Notes: generated from the letters alone by a model not told the origin. A DNA stretch of 64,000 bases from Promethearchaeota archaeon (GCA_019057865.1 JAHLWP010000005.1:1-64000), one strand, 5' to 3'. Positions 46,027-56,514 are shown, numbered from the stretch's first letter. Made by a program: numbers and translations.

Positions 46027-47760
46027 ATGGGTATTATGTTAAGCTTTATTGATAACAATTTGGTACAAGATATCTTTAATTCTAATGAATTTAAAGGATG
46101 GCTTCTTTCAAAAAGATGGTTTGGTGATAAATCTGCATTATCTAATCTAGAGTTCAAGATCAACCTAAATTATTTTGAAATTCTTTCTGAAAGGATACTA
46201 CTTACTGTAATAGATATTCAAAAACCGGAATATAAAAAATCATATTTCTTGCCTTTAATTTATTATGAAAAAATTCAAAAAATTCTTGAACCAAATGAAA
46301 TAAGTAATAAAAAAAAAATTCTTACTCTTACAATCAATACTTTTAGTAAGAAAATAGTTTTAAATATTGAAGGAGAACAAAAAATATTCACAGTTAATTT
46401 AGTAGAAGGTGAATATTGTCTTTTCTTCTGGAAAAAGATTTTGTTTGATAAGGATATCTCTGAAAGCTTTCCATCTCGTTCTTTGGATCTTACACTTTAT
46501 ACAGAACAGTTTCAAGATGAGGCTAACATGAAAAAGGTTCAAAATTTAATTGAAACTAGTTTATATCCTGATCGATATTCACTCTCATTAACACAATTAG
46601 GAGGGGGAAATACCACAAATACTTTATTTTTATTATCAATTTTAAATAACAGAATGCCTGACCAAGAACCAATTACATATGTGTTAAAATCATATAAAGA
46701 ATATTTAGAAAGTTTAGAACCAACTACATTATTCGTATTAGTTAAAAATTCATTTCCAAATGCGCCTAAAATTTATGGTACAATTAAATTAAGAGACAAA
46801 GAAACAATAGGTATTCTTGAGGACGTCCCAAATGTAGGAAATCTAGGAGATATCTATTGGAATGAACTTAATAACATGGTTAATAACGTGTTTAAAGTTA
46901 TTAATGGAAATTACTCACAGTTAAGTGAAAAATCTAATATTTCTCAATTAATTAAGAAAAATTGTTATGAAACAATAAAAGTTTCGGATGAAATTGGAAA
47001 CTACATCAAAAGATTACATGAATCCTTAATTTACCCAGAAAAAATAGAATACAATTTAGAATCTGTAGAAAGTAATAATTATCTTGTATCTTATACAGAA
47101 AAACTCAACTCTATGATTTCAGAATTACAAAATACAATGAGTCAACAAACTGAAACTTCATTTTTTAATTTACCTAAAATTAATTCAATATTAATCGATA
47201 TTAAAGATATTATACAAAGCTTTCAGGATGAATTTAAAGAAACTAAAGTCAACATTCAACCTGTACATCAAGATTTGCATATGGAACAAATTTTGTATAA
47301 TAAAATAGATGATCAATATCAATACTACTTTATAGATTTTGAAGGTGATCCACAATTAACTTTCACAGAAAAAAAAGGAAAATTTCCAATTGAAAAAGAT
47401 TTAGCATCCTTTTTAAGGGCATTAAGCTATATAAAATTCAATACATTTCTTAAGTTCATAGAAAAAAAAGTGATTAGGAAGGATAAATATGAAGTTCCTG
47501 AAGAGATTCTTTATAATATAATTTTTAGAAGAGCAGCTAGACCCATAAATAAAACACTTGATGTGGTTCTTAATGTTTTAAACATCTGGGAATCAAAATT
47601 AATAGGTAAAATTTTAAAAAATCTAAATGCACACTATACTCTAATTACTTACTTCTACATAGAAAGAGCATTACATGAATTAAACTATGAAATGTTATTT
47701 AGACCAAGCAAAATAATTGTGCCAATTTTAGGACTAAAAGAAATAATTGATAAAAGCTAA
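46027..47760 (+). CDS. Maltokinase-like (Mak/Pep2; TreS C-terminal type) phosphotransferase
   Basis: It has the N-cap WL..KRWFG.K, a catalytic loop HQDLH..QIL and IDFEGDP. It also has DLA.FLR.LSY and IERALHELNYE...RP....VP..GL. Confidence 0.8.
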   Translation: MGIMLSFIDNNLVQDIFNSNEFKGWLLSKRWFGDKSALSNLEFKINLNYFEILSERILLTVIDIQKPEYKKSYFLPLIYYEKIQKILEPNEISNKKKILTLTINTFSKKIVLNIEGEQKIFTVNLVEGEYCLFFWKKILFDKDISESFPSRSLDLTLYTEQFQDEANMKKVQNLIETSLYPDRYSLSLTQLGGGNTTNTLFLLSILNNRMPDQEPITYVLKSYKEYLESLEPTTLFVLVKNSFPNAPKIYGTIKLRDKETIGILEDVPNVGNLGDIYWNELNNMVNNVFKVINGNYSQLSEKSNISQLIKKNCYETIKVSDEIGNYIKRLHESLIYPEKIEYNLESVESNNYLVSYTEKLNSMISELQNTMSQQTETSFFNLPKINSILIDIKDIIQSFQDEFKETKVNIQPVHQDLHMEQILYNKIDDQYQYYFIDFEGDPQLTFTEKKGKFPIEKDLASFLRALSYIKFNTFLKFIEKKVIRKDKYEVPEEILYNIIFRRAARPINKTLDVVLNVLNIWESKLIGKILKNLNAHYTLITYFYIERALHELNYEMLFRPSKIIVPILGLKEIIDKS

Positions 47761-47763
47761 AAT

Positions 47764-48369
47764 TTATTCTTCTTCTATTTCTGGTATTTTAGCGAATTCA
47801 TAGGAATAGTGAGATGATGATCGATCAACAGGACCAATCTCTTTTTTATATTGCGCCCTTAGATTTTTACTGGATTTCATTTCTTCTTCAGTAAAATCAT
47901 AAGTATATTTTGGGTCATAATTGATTAATTTATAGATAAATACTTCAACAAATTTTTTAGGTCCAAGTTTCTTTGAAATTAAAATATAATTCTCCTTATC
48001 AATGAATTTAGGAAAAAGTCCTAAGTGTTCACATAAATCTAATTTATATTCAATATTATCAATTTTACCTTCTAATCTTGCGATATCATTAATAAACCGC
48101 GCTAATTTATTCCCTAATTCCATCTGTTTTGTTTCATTTAATGGTTCAACAAGTTTCCTAAAAGTACTCTTTTTTAAAATAATAAAATCTCGATTATTCA
48201 ACGATTTAATACCATTATTTTGTATCAATAAATATTTTGACATGTCAAGATATTTACGTATAAAATCTGCTTTTGTTATACCTAGCTTAGAACGCATTTT
48301 CTCAATATTTTGGTCTAACTCTTCATCAATTCTGACAGTTACAACACTGGTTGAACTTTTATCCGACAT
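47764..48369 (-). CDS. Ribbon-helix-helix (CopG/MetJ-like) regulator with a C-terminal extension
   Basis: The N-terminus reads VVTVRIDEELDQNIEK....LGITKADFIRKYL. Confidence 0.75.
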   Translation of the reverse strand: MSDKSSTSVVTVRIDEELDQNIEKMRSKLGITKADFIRKYLDMSKYLLIQNNGIKSLNNRDFIILKKSTFRKLVEPLNETKQMELGNKLARFINDIARLEGKIDNIEYKLDLCEHLGLFPKFIDKENYILISKKLGPKKFVEVFIYKLINYDPKYTYDFTEEEMKSSKNLRAQYKKEIGPVDRSSSHYSYEFAKIPEIEEE

Positions 48370-48388
48370 TGTAGAATTTTCCTAATTA

Positions 48389-49050
48389 GTAATTATTGTA
48401 TTTATTTTGTTTCATTTGTAATTATAGTAATAATAGTATATAAACGATTGTATTTTACAATTTTTGTAAAAAATTATTCAAAACTAAATACGCACTTACC
48501 ATACATTTGACCATTTTGTTGTTCAGATCATCTTGAATAAAGAAAATTTTAATTTAAAGAAATTCAAATTGAAATAAATTGATATATTTTAAAATTAATC
48601 ATAAATAATCTTCATAAGTCTGAAGCAATATCTAATAAAACAATAAGAGTAAGAACTACATAAATAATTTCATTTAATGTTAATTATGCGCGATTTTCCT
48701 TTAATCGACACTTACTGATAGGTAAAAAATTCATAAAAAATCGTTTCAAAACAGAAAATATATAAAAATTATCCTAGTGGGATTTTAATGTCATTTTTAA
48801 TAAATTCATGATGTATTTTTTAATATATTAAAAATCTTGACTTTAAAGGTAGTTTGATTGAAATCTATAGCCTATTTTGATAAAACTTATTTTAAGTTGC
48901 CAAATATTATTAAAAAAGCTTAAATTTACTAAATTTAAAATTATTGAATGTTTTGATTTTATTAAAAGAACGCTTTATTAAATAAATAAACCCAAAAGCA
49001 AAAACAAATAATGGTTAATCTTAATATCAATTGTAATTATTGTAATATTA
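48389..49050. promoter_or_regulatory. Divergent promoter region with a shared GTAATTAT(T/A)GTA motif near both regulator genes
   Basis: GTAATTATTGTA is at 48389-48400, TTGTAATTATAGTAAT at 48416-48431 and TTGTAATTATTGTAAT at 49031-49046. There is also a TTGTA-TTT-TACAA palindrome at ~48448-48460. Confidence 0.4.
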
Positions 49051-49158
49051 TATAATCTTAAATTACAAATGATACACGAGGTAAATATAAATACCCTCTA
49101 AAATATTGGTTTCATGTAAATAACCATAAAAATTTTATTAAGGGTTGAATAAAAAGTA

Positions 49159-49482
49159 ATGGAAATTACCGAATCGGGTACTTTGGAAGTAAATCTAAAA
49201 AATAAAACAGATTCTATTACAATCGAATCTGATGAACTAATCGAAAAAATAGTTAAAGCCTTATCTTCTCATACAAGACGCCAAATTTTACGTCATATTC
49301 AAATTGAACCACTGGATGTTTCGAATATAGCTTCTAATTTGGACATGACAGAAGCAAATATTTCAGCCCAGATAAAGAAACTTGAGGAGGCTGGTTTGAT
49401 TACATGTGATTATGCGTCTGGCGAGCATGGAGTCAGAAAGATTAGTAAGTTAAAATATGATAGGGTTTTAATAAAATTTTAA
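49159..49482 (+). CDS. ArsR family HTH transcriptional regulator
   Basis: KALSSHTRRQIL, LDVSNIASNLDMTEANISAQIKKLEEAGLI and G.HGVRKI. Confidence 0.88.
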   Translation: MEITESGTLEVNLKNKTDSITIESDELIEKIVKALSSHTRRQILRHIQIEPLDVSNIASNLDMTEANISAQIKKLEEAGLITCDYASGEHGVRKISKLKYDRVLIKF

Positions 49483-49636
49483 TTCATCAGAATTATTTTT
49501 TATCTCTTTTTCTAGAGAAGTGTTTAATTTCAATTGAATTCGATAAGTTTCATAATTAAATTATGTTTTAATTACTTAATTTAAATTATTTTATTAATTA
49601 TATTTATTTACTTCTTATACTAAAGCAACAATTCAA

Positions 49637-50581
49637 ATGAAAGAAAGAATTTCTCTAAAAATTCCCGGTCGAATATGTATCCTTGGCGATAAAGTTGATT
49701 TGTTAGGTAAACCAGTCATAGCCATGGCAATTAATTTAATGATGAAGATAAATTTTGTAGCAAAGAAAAATAATAGAGTAATCTTTTATAGCCATAATAC
49801 CAAAGAAAAGATAGAATTTAATTTAGGTGAATCTCCTCCTAAAAATATTGATTTAGGTTATTGGAGTGTTTTATATGAGCGTATAAAAGTGAAAATCAAT
49901 CGAGGTTTTTATATAGAAGTGGATTCTGATATACCAATCGGATGTGGATTATCGACTTCCGCAGCATTATCTGTTGGATTTCTGAGAGCGTTAAATGAAG
50001 CATATGACTTAACTATATCAAATTCAGAAATCGCAGAACTTGCATATTTAGGTGAGAATCATGATTTAGGTATCCAATGTGGAAGAATGGATCAATATAG
50101 TATAGCTTATGGAGGTATAACCTTTATTCATACCGATGAAAATCCGAGGGTTGAAATATTAGATATTAATGAACTACCAGTAGTTGTAGGTGATTCAATG
50201 GAAGAAAGAAAATCAGTGTCGGTATTAAACAGAGTTAAGAGACAAATAAGAGAAAAAGAAGAAAAGACTTTAGAAGCATTTAAGGTTATTGAGGAATGCG
50301 TTTATCAGGGGAGAGAGGCTTTAATTAAAAGAGATTTTAAAAGGTTGGGAGGTCTAATGAATAAACAACAGGAACAAGAGATTATTTTAAAAGCTGAGAC
50401 TGAAAAAATTCATACCTTATGCGAAGTATCTAAAAAGGTTGGTGCTTTAGGAGCTAAGCAAATGGGTGCTGGAGGGGGTGGATGTATGTTAGCAATATGC
50501 CCTGGGAAACAGCAGGAAGTCGCTAAGGCTATTGATGATGCTGGTGGAAGATCATGGATTTTTGATATTTTCAATTATTAA
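49637..50581 (+). CDS. GHMP kinase (galactokinase/mevalonate kinase-like; probably a sugar kinase)
   Basis: PGRICILGD.VD, IPIGCGLSTSAA, CGRMDQY and GAKQMGAGGGG. It is co-oriented with a nucleotidyltransferase gene. Confidence 0.85.
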   Translation: MKERISLKIPGRICILGDKVDLLGKPVIAMAINLMMKINFVAKKNNRVIFYSHNTKEKIEFNLGESPPKNIDLGYWSVLYERIKVKINRGFYIEVDSDIPIGCGLSTSAALSVGFLRALNEAYDLTISNSEIAELAYLGENHDLGIQCGRMDQYSIAYGGITFIHTDENPRVEILDINELPVVVGDSMEERKSVSVLNRVKRQIREKEEKTLEAFKVIEECVYQGREALIKRDFKRLGGLMNKQQEQEIILKAETEKIHTLCEVSKKVGALGAKQMGAGGGGCMLAICPGKQQEVAKAIDDAGGRSWIFDIFNY

Positions 50582-50627
50582 GAATTAGTATATCCAAAGT
50601 AATAAGATAAAATGGGGTAAAATCTAA

Positions 50628-51365
50628 TTGAAGGTTATTATATTGTGTGCTGGGGAAGGGAAACGTATGAAACCCTATACTGAAACATACCAGAAAACTA
50701 TGATTCCTATTCATGGCAAACCTTTACTAGAGTATCTTATAAAGGGCATTAAGTTAGCCGGTTTTAAGGATTTCATAATAGTAGTAGGATATAATAAAGA
50801 ACAGATTATTGATTACTTTCAAGAAGGGAAAAAATGGGATATTAATATTGAATACATAGAACAACATAATTTAAATGGAACAGGAGGAGCACTATTATTA
50901 TGTGAAGATGCAATCACAGATCAGCATTTCTTTCTAACTTGGGGAGATACTTTAGTGGCTTATGATGTTTATAGAGAAGTCTATGAGGTGTTTAAAAAAG
51001 AAAGACCTGATTTTATTTTAGTTACCAATTATGTGGATGATCCCTATAAAGGAGCTGCTGTTTATTGTGAAGGAAATTACTGTATAGATATTGTTGAGAA
51101 ACCACGAAAAGGAAAATCAACTACAAATTTAAATAACGCTGGGATATTTATTTTATCCAGAGAGATATTTGAAATATTAAAGATGCAAACTCCATCAAAA
51201 CGAGGTGAAATAGAAATACCTGATGCTATACGTTATGGAGTAAAAGAAAAGAATTGGAAATTTCGAGTTGTTAAAATAGAAAAAGATCAGTTTTATGGAG
51301 ATTTTGGGGATGTTAAAAAATACGAGAAACTTGTGAAAAATACTAACTGGCTTAATCTATTATAA
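50628..51365 (+). CDS. Sugar-phosphate nucleotidyltransferase
   Basis: ILCAGEGKRM.P.T...QK.MIPI.GKP, GTGGA, WGD, VEKP and S.RGE.EI.DA. Confidence 0.9.
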   Translation: MKVIILCAGEGKRMKPYTETYQKTMIPIHGKPLLEYLIKGIKLAGFKDFIIVVGYNKEQIIDYFQEGKKWDINIEYIEQHNLNGTGGALLLCEDAITDQHFFLTWGDTLVAYDVYREVYEVFKKERPDFILVTNYVDDPYKGAAVYCEGNYCIDIVEKPRKGKSTTNLNNAGIFILSREIFEILKMQTPSKRGEIEIPDAIRYGVKEKNWKFRVVKIEKDQFYGDFGDVKKYEKLVKNTNWLNLL

Positions 51366-51369
51366 TAAT

Positions 51370-53523
51370 TTAATTTATTACTAGAACTAAAACCCAATTT
51401 ACCATCCCACCAATTAATAATGCAAGACCTATTTCAAGAAAAGATATTTGTATGGCATATTTCCAATTAGTTTCTCTCGCTATTAATACTACTGTTGCAA
51501 AACAAGGGATATAAAGCATAGTAACTAAACTAAATACAACCATTTGAGTTGGTGTTAATAATTCTAAGAGACTTAATCCCATAGAATTTGCTAAAACTGC
51601 TAGGAGTACTAAGGTTAATTCTTTTCTTAAAATCCCATAAATCAAAAAAATTCCTGTAATAAATGGTAAACCTAACCAAAATGTTATTGGTGATAAAATA
51701 AAATTTATAGGATCTAATAAGCGAAACATAAATAGTATTTCTAAAATAATACCAGCTATAATTATAATAGGCAATGCTTTATAGACAAATTCTTTAGTTC
51801 TTATCCATGTTTGTTTTAAAATTACAGGGTAATTTGGAGTTCTATATCCATGCATTTCCATAATTAATTCTGTACATTGACCTGGCATTACCTTATTTAA
51901 TATTTTTCCAACGATAATTAAAACAGAAAAATTTATTGAAAATAATGTTAAAACCCAAATTATACCTAGATATCGTCCAACCAAGCCTAAAACTACTGTC
52001 ATAACCGCTGCACACGGAATTAAGGAAGTTAAAGCTATTGAGATTTTTTTTTCTCTTTCAGTTTCCATAATCCTACAACCTGCACAAGCAGGAACATTAC
52101 ATCCAAATCCTAAGATCATAGGAATGATTGTTTTACCATGAACTCCTAAAGAATGCATAAATCTATCCATAAGAAATGCTGCTCTAGGTAAATAACCGGA
52201 ATCCTGTAGAATCTCAATTATTAAAAAGAATGGAATAACATATACCAAAACACCACCAATAGCTCCAAATAACCCACCAATACCACCATCCCAAAATATT
52301 AAAACCCATAGATTTTGATCACCATAAATTTGATAAATTCCATCACTCCATATAGTAAAAACTTTCTCGATTAATCCTCCAAAAAAGTCACCGATAAGAA
52401 ATGTAAAAAAGTATATCCCAATAAGTACTAATAAAAGAATCACATATCCCCAAAATGAATGTGTTGTTACATGATCAAACTTTTCGGCTAAAGAAACTTT
52501 TCTTCCAATTCTAGATTTAACTATTACGACTTTTTCAATAATATTATGAATGTTATTATAAATTTCAGAAGAAATTATTGTATTGATGTCTTCTCCATGG
52601 TAACCCTCTAATTCTTTACGATATTCATCAGCTAATTCTAATAATTGAGATGTTTTTTCATTAGCTATGAATAATTTTTCTATTTCTTCATCTTTCTCTA
52701 AAATTTTAATTGCTAGAAATCGTGAAGGAAAATTAAATTGTGAAAAATATTCTTGATGAGGATCAATTTTCTTAATTAGGTTTTTTATTTTTATTTCAAC
52801 TTCTTTACCATATGAAAGTATAGAAATTAAATCTGGAAATTGAAATGTTTTTTTTACTGAAATATTTTTTGTACTTTCTTTCAAAGAATACCTTTTTAAA
52901 TGATTTTCGTGAGTCAGGTGGTCATGGATTTCTTTACCCCCTTGAATATAATGAGAATGAGGATGATGATATATCATTAATTCTATAGCTTCTTCAAGTA
53001 TTTGATGTACTCCTATCCCATGAACTGCAACAGTTGGAATTATTGGTAATTTAAAAATTTCTTCTAACTTTTCTAAATCAAGTTCAAAATGTCTTTTTCG
53101 TAAAAGATCCATTTGATTAATGGCTAATATCATTGGTACTTTTAGTTCTAATAACTGGAAGGTAAAAAATAAGTTTCGCTCAAGATTTGTAGCATCGATT
53201 ACATTAATAATAATATCAACTTCATCTGAAACAATATACTCTCTACTTATAATTTCTTCTAACGAGTAAGTAGAAAGAGAATAGATTCCTGGCAAATCTA
53301 CAATATTAAAACGATAACCTAAAAAATTTAAGTGCCCTCCCATTTTCTCTACTGTTTTTCCTGGCCAATTTCCAATAGTTTGAGAGAGACCTGTCAAATG
53401 ATTAAATATAACTGACTTTCCAACGTTTGCATTACCAGCTAAAGCTAAATTAATTGTATCTTTATATTCTCCCTTCTTTAATCCTGATTTTTTTTCAGAT
53501 TTATGACTAATTAGTTTTCTCAC
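51370..53523 (-). CDS. feoB: Ferrous iron transporter B
   Basis: GNANVGKS, GNWPGKTVE, DLPGIYSL, LERNL, DSGYLPRAAFLMD, GFGCNVPA and YIPC.AT. It has a His-rich insertion after the G domain. Confidence 0.95.
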   Translation of the reverse strand: MRKLISHKSEKKSGLKKGEYKDTINLALAGNANVGKSVIFNHLTGLSQTIGNWPGKTVEKMGGHLNFLGYRFNIVDLPGIYSLSTYSLEEIISREYIVSDEVDIIINVIDATNLERNLFFTFQLLELKVPMILAINQMDLLRKRHFELDLEKLEEIFKLPIIPTVAVHGIGVHQILEEAIELMIYHHPHSHYIQGGKEIHDHLTHENHLKRYSLKESTKNISVKKTFQFPDLISILSYGKEVEIKIKNLIKKIDPHQEYFSQFNFPSRFLAIKILEKDEEIEKLFIANEKTSQLLELADEYRKELEGYHGEDINTIISSEIYNNIHNIIEKVVIVKSRIGRKVSLAEKFDHVTTHSFWGYVILLLVLIGIYFFTFLIGDFFGGLIEKVFTIWSDGIYQIYGDQNLWVLIFWDGGIGGLFGAIGGVLVYVIPFFLIIEILQDSGYLPRAAFLMDRFMHSLGVHGKTIIPMILGFGCNVPACAGCRIMETEREKKISIALTSLIPCAAVMTVVLGLVGRYLGIIWVLTLFSINFSVLIIVGKILNKVMPGQCTELIMEMHGYRTPNYPVILKQTWIRTKEFVYKALPIIIIAGIILEILFMFRLLDPINFILSPITFWLGLPFITGIFLIYGILRKELTLVLLAVLANSMGLSLLELLTPTQMVVFSLVTMLYIPCFATVVLIARETNWKYAIQISFLEIGLALLIGGMVNWVLVLVIN

Positions 53524-53593
53524 CTAAATTCACCTAAATTGATATAATATCATTACCTTTATTTTGAAAATTTGAGGTATATGTTCTATATTA

Positions 53594-53893
53594 TTAAAGA
53601 GTTTGGGTTCTTTCTTTTTTTACCATAATTCTAGATGCCAAACCTCTGCCAATAACTAAACTAGACCCTTTAACAATTATCTCAATGGGACCTCTAAAGA
53701 GAGCTGATCTTTTTTTTATGATTTTTACTCCAGGGATTATTCCTAAATTAGCAAGTCGTTTCTTTGCCATAAAACCGGCATGTACTCTTAATACAGTAAC
53801 TTCTTCGCCATTCTGACAGTTAGATAATCTGTCAATTCGCAGATGTCTATGATGCTTCTTAGTAGAATAATTAATGTGTGTCCGTTTTCTCAT
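53594..53893 (-). CDS. feoA: Ferrous iron transport protein A
   Basis: RLANLGIIPG, GPIEIIVKGS.LVIGRGLA.RI.V; directly upstream of feoB. Confidence 0.92.
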   Translation of the reverse strand: MRKRTHINYSTKKHHRHLRIDRLSNCQNGEEVTVLRVHAGFMAKKRLANLGIIPGVKIIKKRSALFRGPIEIIVKGSSLVIGRGLASRIMVKKERTQTL

Positions 53894-53977
53894 TTATAAG
53901 GTTTATCTTTAAAATAATTCAAATGATTTTTCTTAAAATCAAATCTCTAATTATAATATTGAAAATTAATATTTAAA

Positions 53978-53995
53978 TTTTAGGTGAGACTAAAA
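53978..53995. promoter_or_regulatory. Putative DtxR/MntR-family metal-responsive operator upstream of feoAB
   Basis: The inverted repeat TTTTAG-GTGAGA-CTAAAA resembles TTAGG-N-CCTAA boxes and abuts a minus-strand TATA-like TTTAAATA at ~53969-53977. Confidence 0.55.
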
Positions 53996-54309
53996 ACACT
54001 ATTAATAACTGATAGAAAACATTATATATAATTGTATAAAATGAATAATTTAATTTTAATAAATAAAATTGATTATTATTTAACTCTAATGATAATAAAT
54101 ATATAATAGAGCTTAAAGAAAAATAATTTTAAGATTATTTAATTGACGATTATAAAAAATAAATTTCTACTTACTTTTAAAATTATTAATTATTTTTATT
54201 AAAAGCATAAGCTTGTAAATTTAAACTTAAAAAATTAATTTAAGATTATCTTATTTTTATAAGAAAAAGTAACATATTTTAATTTGAAAAGTATTTCTCA
54301 CAGAATATC

Positions 54310-55359
54310 ATGGTCAATAAAACAATTTTTTGTGAAATGATAAGACAAGGATACTCCAAAGGTGCATGCGAAGTTATTATTAAAGACAGTGTTAAACGCC
54401 CAGCTTGTCAAGCAACTTTGAAGTATGAAAATGGTCAACATCATAGAGTAATTACAGCAATGCATTTATCGAGACCTGAAGATTATTTTTCAATTTATCA
54501 ATCAGGATGTAATCATGCTTGTTTAAAATGTCATTCTTGGGAATTTTCTAAATACCTTAATGGAAGATGGTATTCAACAGATGAAATTACTGAAAAATGT
54601 AAGGAATATGAGAATTCTGTAACAATAATTGAGCCAAGGGAACGGGCACTGATGTATTATGCTACTGATTTATGTAAACATTGTGGCTCTTGTGTATTAT
54701 TATATAGAAGGAGTCCATTATGTCCAGATAAAGTACCGAAGCACAAAATAGTATTAGGTCCTCAAGGATTTGGTCCAGCAAGAAATATGATTGCATTTAC
54801 AGGGGGTGATATTGCATGTCAGGCAAAATTTTATGCGGAAGTTACAAAAAAAATAAAGCACCGTTGTAAAAATCTCTGGGTCTTATTAGAAACAAATGGG
54901 TATGGATTAACTCCTAAAAATTTGAATCTTTTACAAAAGGCAGGTTTAGACTCTTATTGGCTAGATATTAAAGCTTATGATCCTGAAATTTACAAAAAAT
55001 TATGTGGAACCTCAAATAAAACAGTTTTAAATTCTCCGAAAGAAATCTTAAAACGAAATTTCATTTTGGAAATACTTACTGTCTATATTCCTAATTTTGT
55101 AGAAACTAATCAATTCGAAAAAATCGCGAAAATAATTATAGAACTAGATGATAAAATTCCCTTCCATATTTTAGCATTTTTTCCACAATATAAATTAAAA
55201 GCTTATCGAGCCCCTAACTTATATGAAATATTAGAAACATATAAATCAATAAAAGATATAGGATTGAAAAATGTAAGAATTGGAAATATTGGAGTATTTG
55301 CTAAAACAGAAGAAGAAATGAAAAAACTGATAAAAACAGTTGGGCCTGAAGCAATATGA
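54310..55359 (+). CDS. Radical SAM protein (PFL-activating-enzyme-like family)
   Basis: The CxxxCxxC motif is GCNHACLKCHSW, with FTGGD, ETNG, DIKA and LAFFP.YK. It has additional Cys clusters. Confidence 0.88.
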   Translation: MVNKTIFCEMIRQGYSKGACEVIIKDSVKRPACQATLKYENGQHHRVITAMHLSRPEDYFSIYQSGCNHACLKCHSWEFSKYLNGRWYSTDEITEKCKEYENSVTIIEPRERALMYYATDLCKHCGSCVLLYRRSPLCPDKVPKHKIVLGPQGFGPARNMIAFTGGDIACQAKFYAEVTKKIKHRCKNLWVLLETNGYGLTPKNLNLLQKAGLDSYWLDIKAYDPEIYKKLCGTSNKTVLNSPKEILKRNFILEILTVYIPNFVETNQFEKIAKIIIELDDKIPFHILAFFPQYKLKAYRAPNLYEILETYKSIKDIGLKNVRIGNIGVFAKTEEEMKKLIKTVGPEAI

Positions 55360-55365
55360 ATTGGA

Positions 55366-56514
55366 TTAAAACTCTTTATAATAAGAGATTAATGTATTTT
55401 TTATTTTTTCAAAATGTCCTAAATGCACCTTTGAGAGCTCATCTAGAGTATCACGGATTCCTGCTTTTTGAATTCTCTTGGCAATTTTAAAATATGGAGA
55501 CTCTTTTAATTTTTTGGCTAGGGGCTTATTTGATTCAACATTTTTTAAAAGAAGATCGATTGAGTCTACCTCTTTAACTCCTATATTTCTTTGAATAATC
55601 TCTAATAACATTGTATCGAATGTAATTCTTAAAATAACTTCATGATCAAATTCTGCTGTTTTCGGAATTAAATATTCCTTAAGTAGCGATATTGACTTTT
55701 GGAAGAGAGAAATTGAATCTTGACCTATTTCTCTTATTTTTTGATCAAAAGAATGATTTTTAGTAAGTGTCAAACACAATGCGGCTACAGTTTGATATTC
55801 AGCAACAAAATGAATAAACCGTGCTTTAGTATTTAGAACTGTTTCTTTTGATTCTGCTTCATCTAAAAGGTCACCTAAATTATCAAGAGATTTTCTAAAG
55901 TATGTTGCAATCTCTAAGAATTTATTTGCTGAAGTTTCATAATCTTTTGCAGATAATAGATGGAGTGCTCTTTTTTCTTCTTGTTCATATAATTCATCAA
56001 ATTTGTTAATTTTCATAACAGCTTTTAAAATCAAACGCTTTCCTAAATCTTTTTTAATATGAGAACGCTCATATGCTTGTCCTGCTTTCAGAAGAAGAAG
56101 AGAAGAAGGGCTATGAAAGTCTTCTGGATCAGCTTTGATCAAATACTCAGAAGCTTTTTCCCAGCTTTCACCAGCGGATTCCCAATCATTCATTTTATAA
56201 GAGAGATTTGCTAATCGCATGAGCAATTTAGCTGAGATTTCATATAGTTTTAATTCTTCAGTCTTTCTAATTATTGATTTTAATCGATAAAGTGCTTGAA
56301 TATTATTCTTAAATTGAGATATAATCTGAACAATTCTAATGAATAATTCATCTAATTTGATATAACTTCCTAAATCAATATAAATTTCGGCAGCTTTCTC
56401 ATAAAGATTGATAGCGTCATCTCCTTTACCTTTATCAGCAAAAGTTTCCGCTCTATCAATTAATTGAATTGCTTCTAATTCTCTCTCATCTTTATATGAA
56501 TTACTAAACACCAT
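55366..56514 (-). CDS. All-helical TPR/SNAP-like repeat protein
   Basis: Repeated helical hairpins: DDAINLYEKAAEIY, DWESAGESWEKASEY, LLKAGQAYER and DYETSANKFLEIATYF. Confidence 0.6.
   Translation of the reverse strand: MVFSNSYKDERELEAIQLIDRAETFADKGKGDDAINLYEKAAEIYIDLGSYIKLDELFIRIVQIISQFKNNIQALYRLKSIIRKTEELKLYEISAKLLMRLANLSYKMNDWESAGESWEKASEYLIKADPEDFHSPSSLLLLKAGQAYERSHIKKDLGKRLILKAVMKINKFDELYEQEEKRALHLLSAKDYETSANKFLEIATYFRKSLDNLGDLLDEAESKETVLNTKARFIHFVAEYQTVAALCLTLTKNHSFDQKIREIGQDSISLFQKSISLLKEYLIPKTAEFDHEVILRITFDTMLLEIIQRNIGVKEVDSIDLLLKNVESNKPLAKKLKESPYFKIAKRIQKAGIRDTLDELSKVHLGHFEKIKNTLISYYKEF

Noticed and set aside
49637-50581. Calling the GHMP kinase mevalonate kinase (mvk) or galK
   Set aside because: The motifs are intermediate and the substrate cannot be determined. 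Pairing with a nucleotidyltransferase favours a sugar kinase, so no gene symbol was given.
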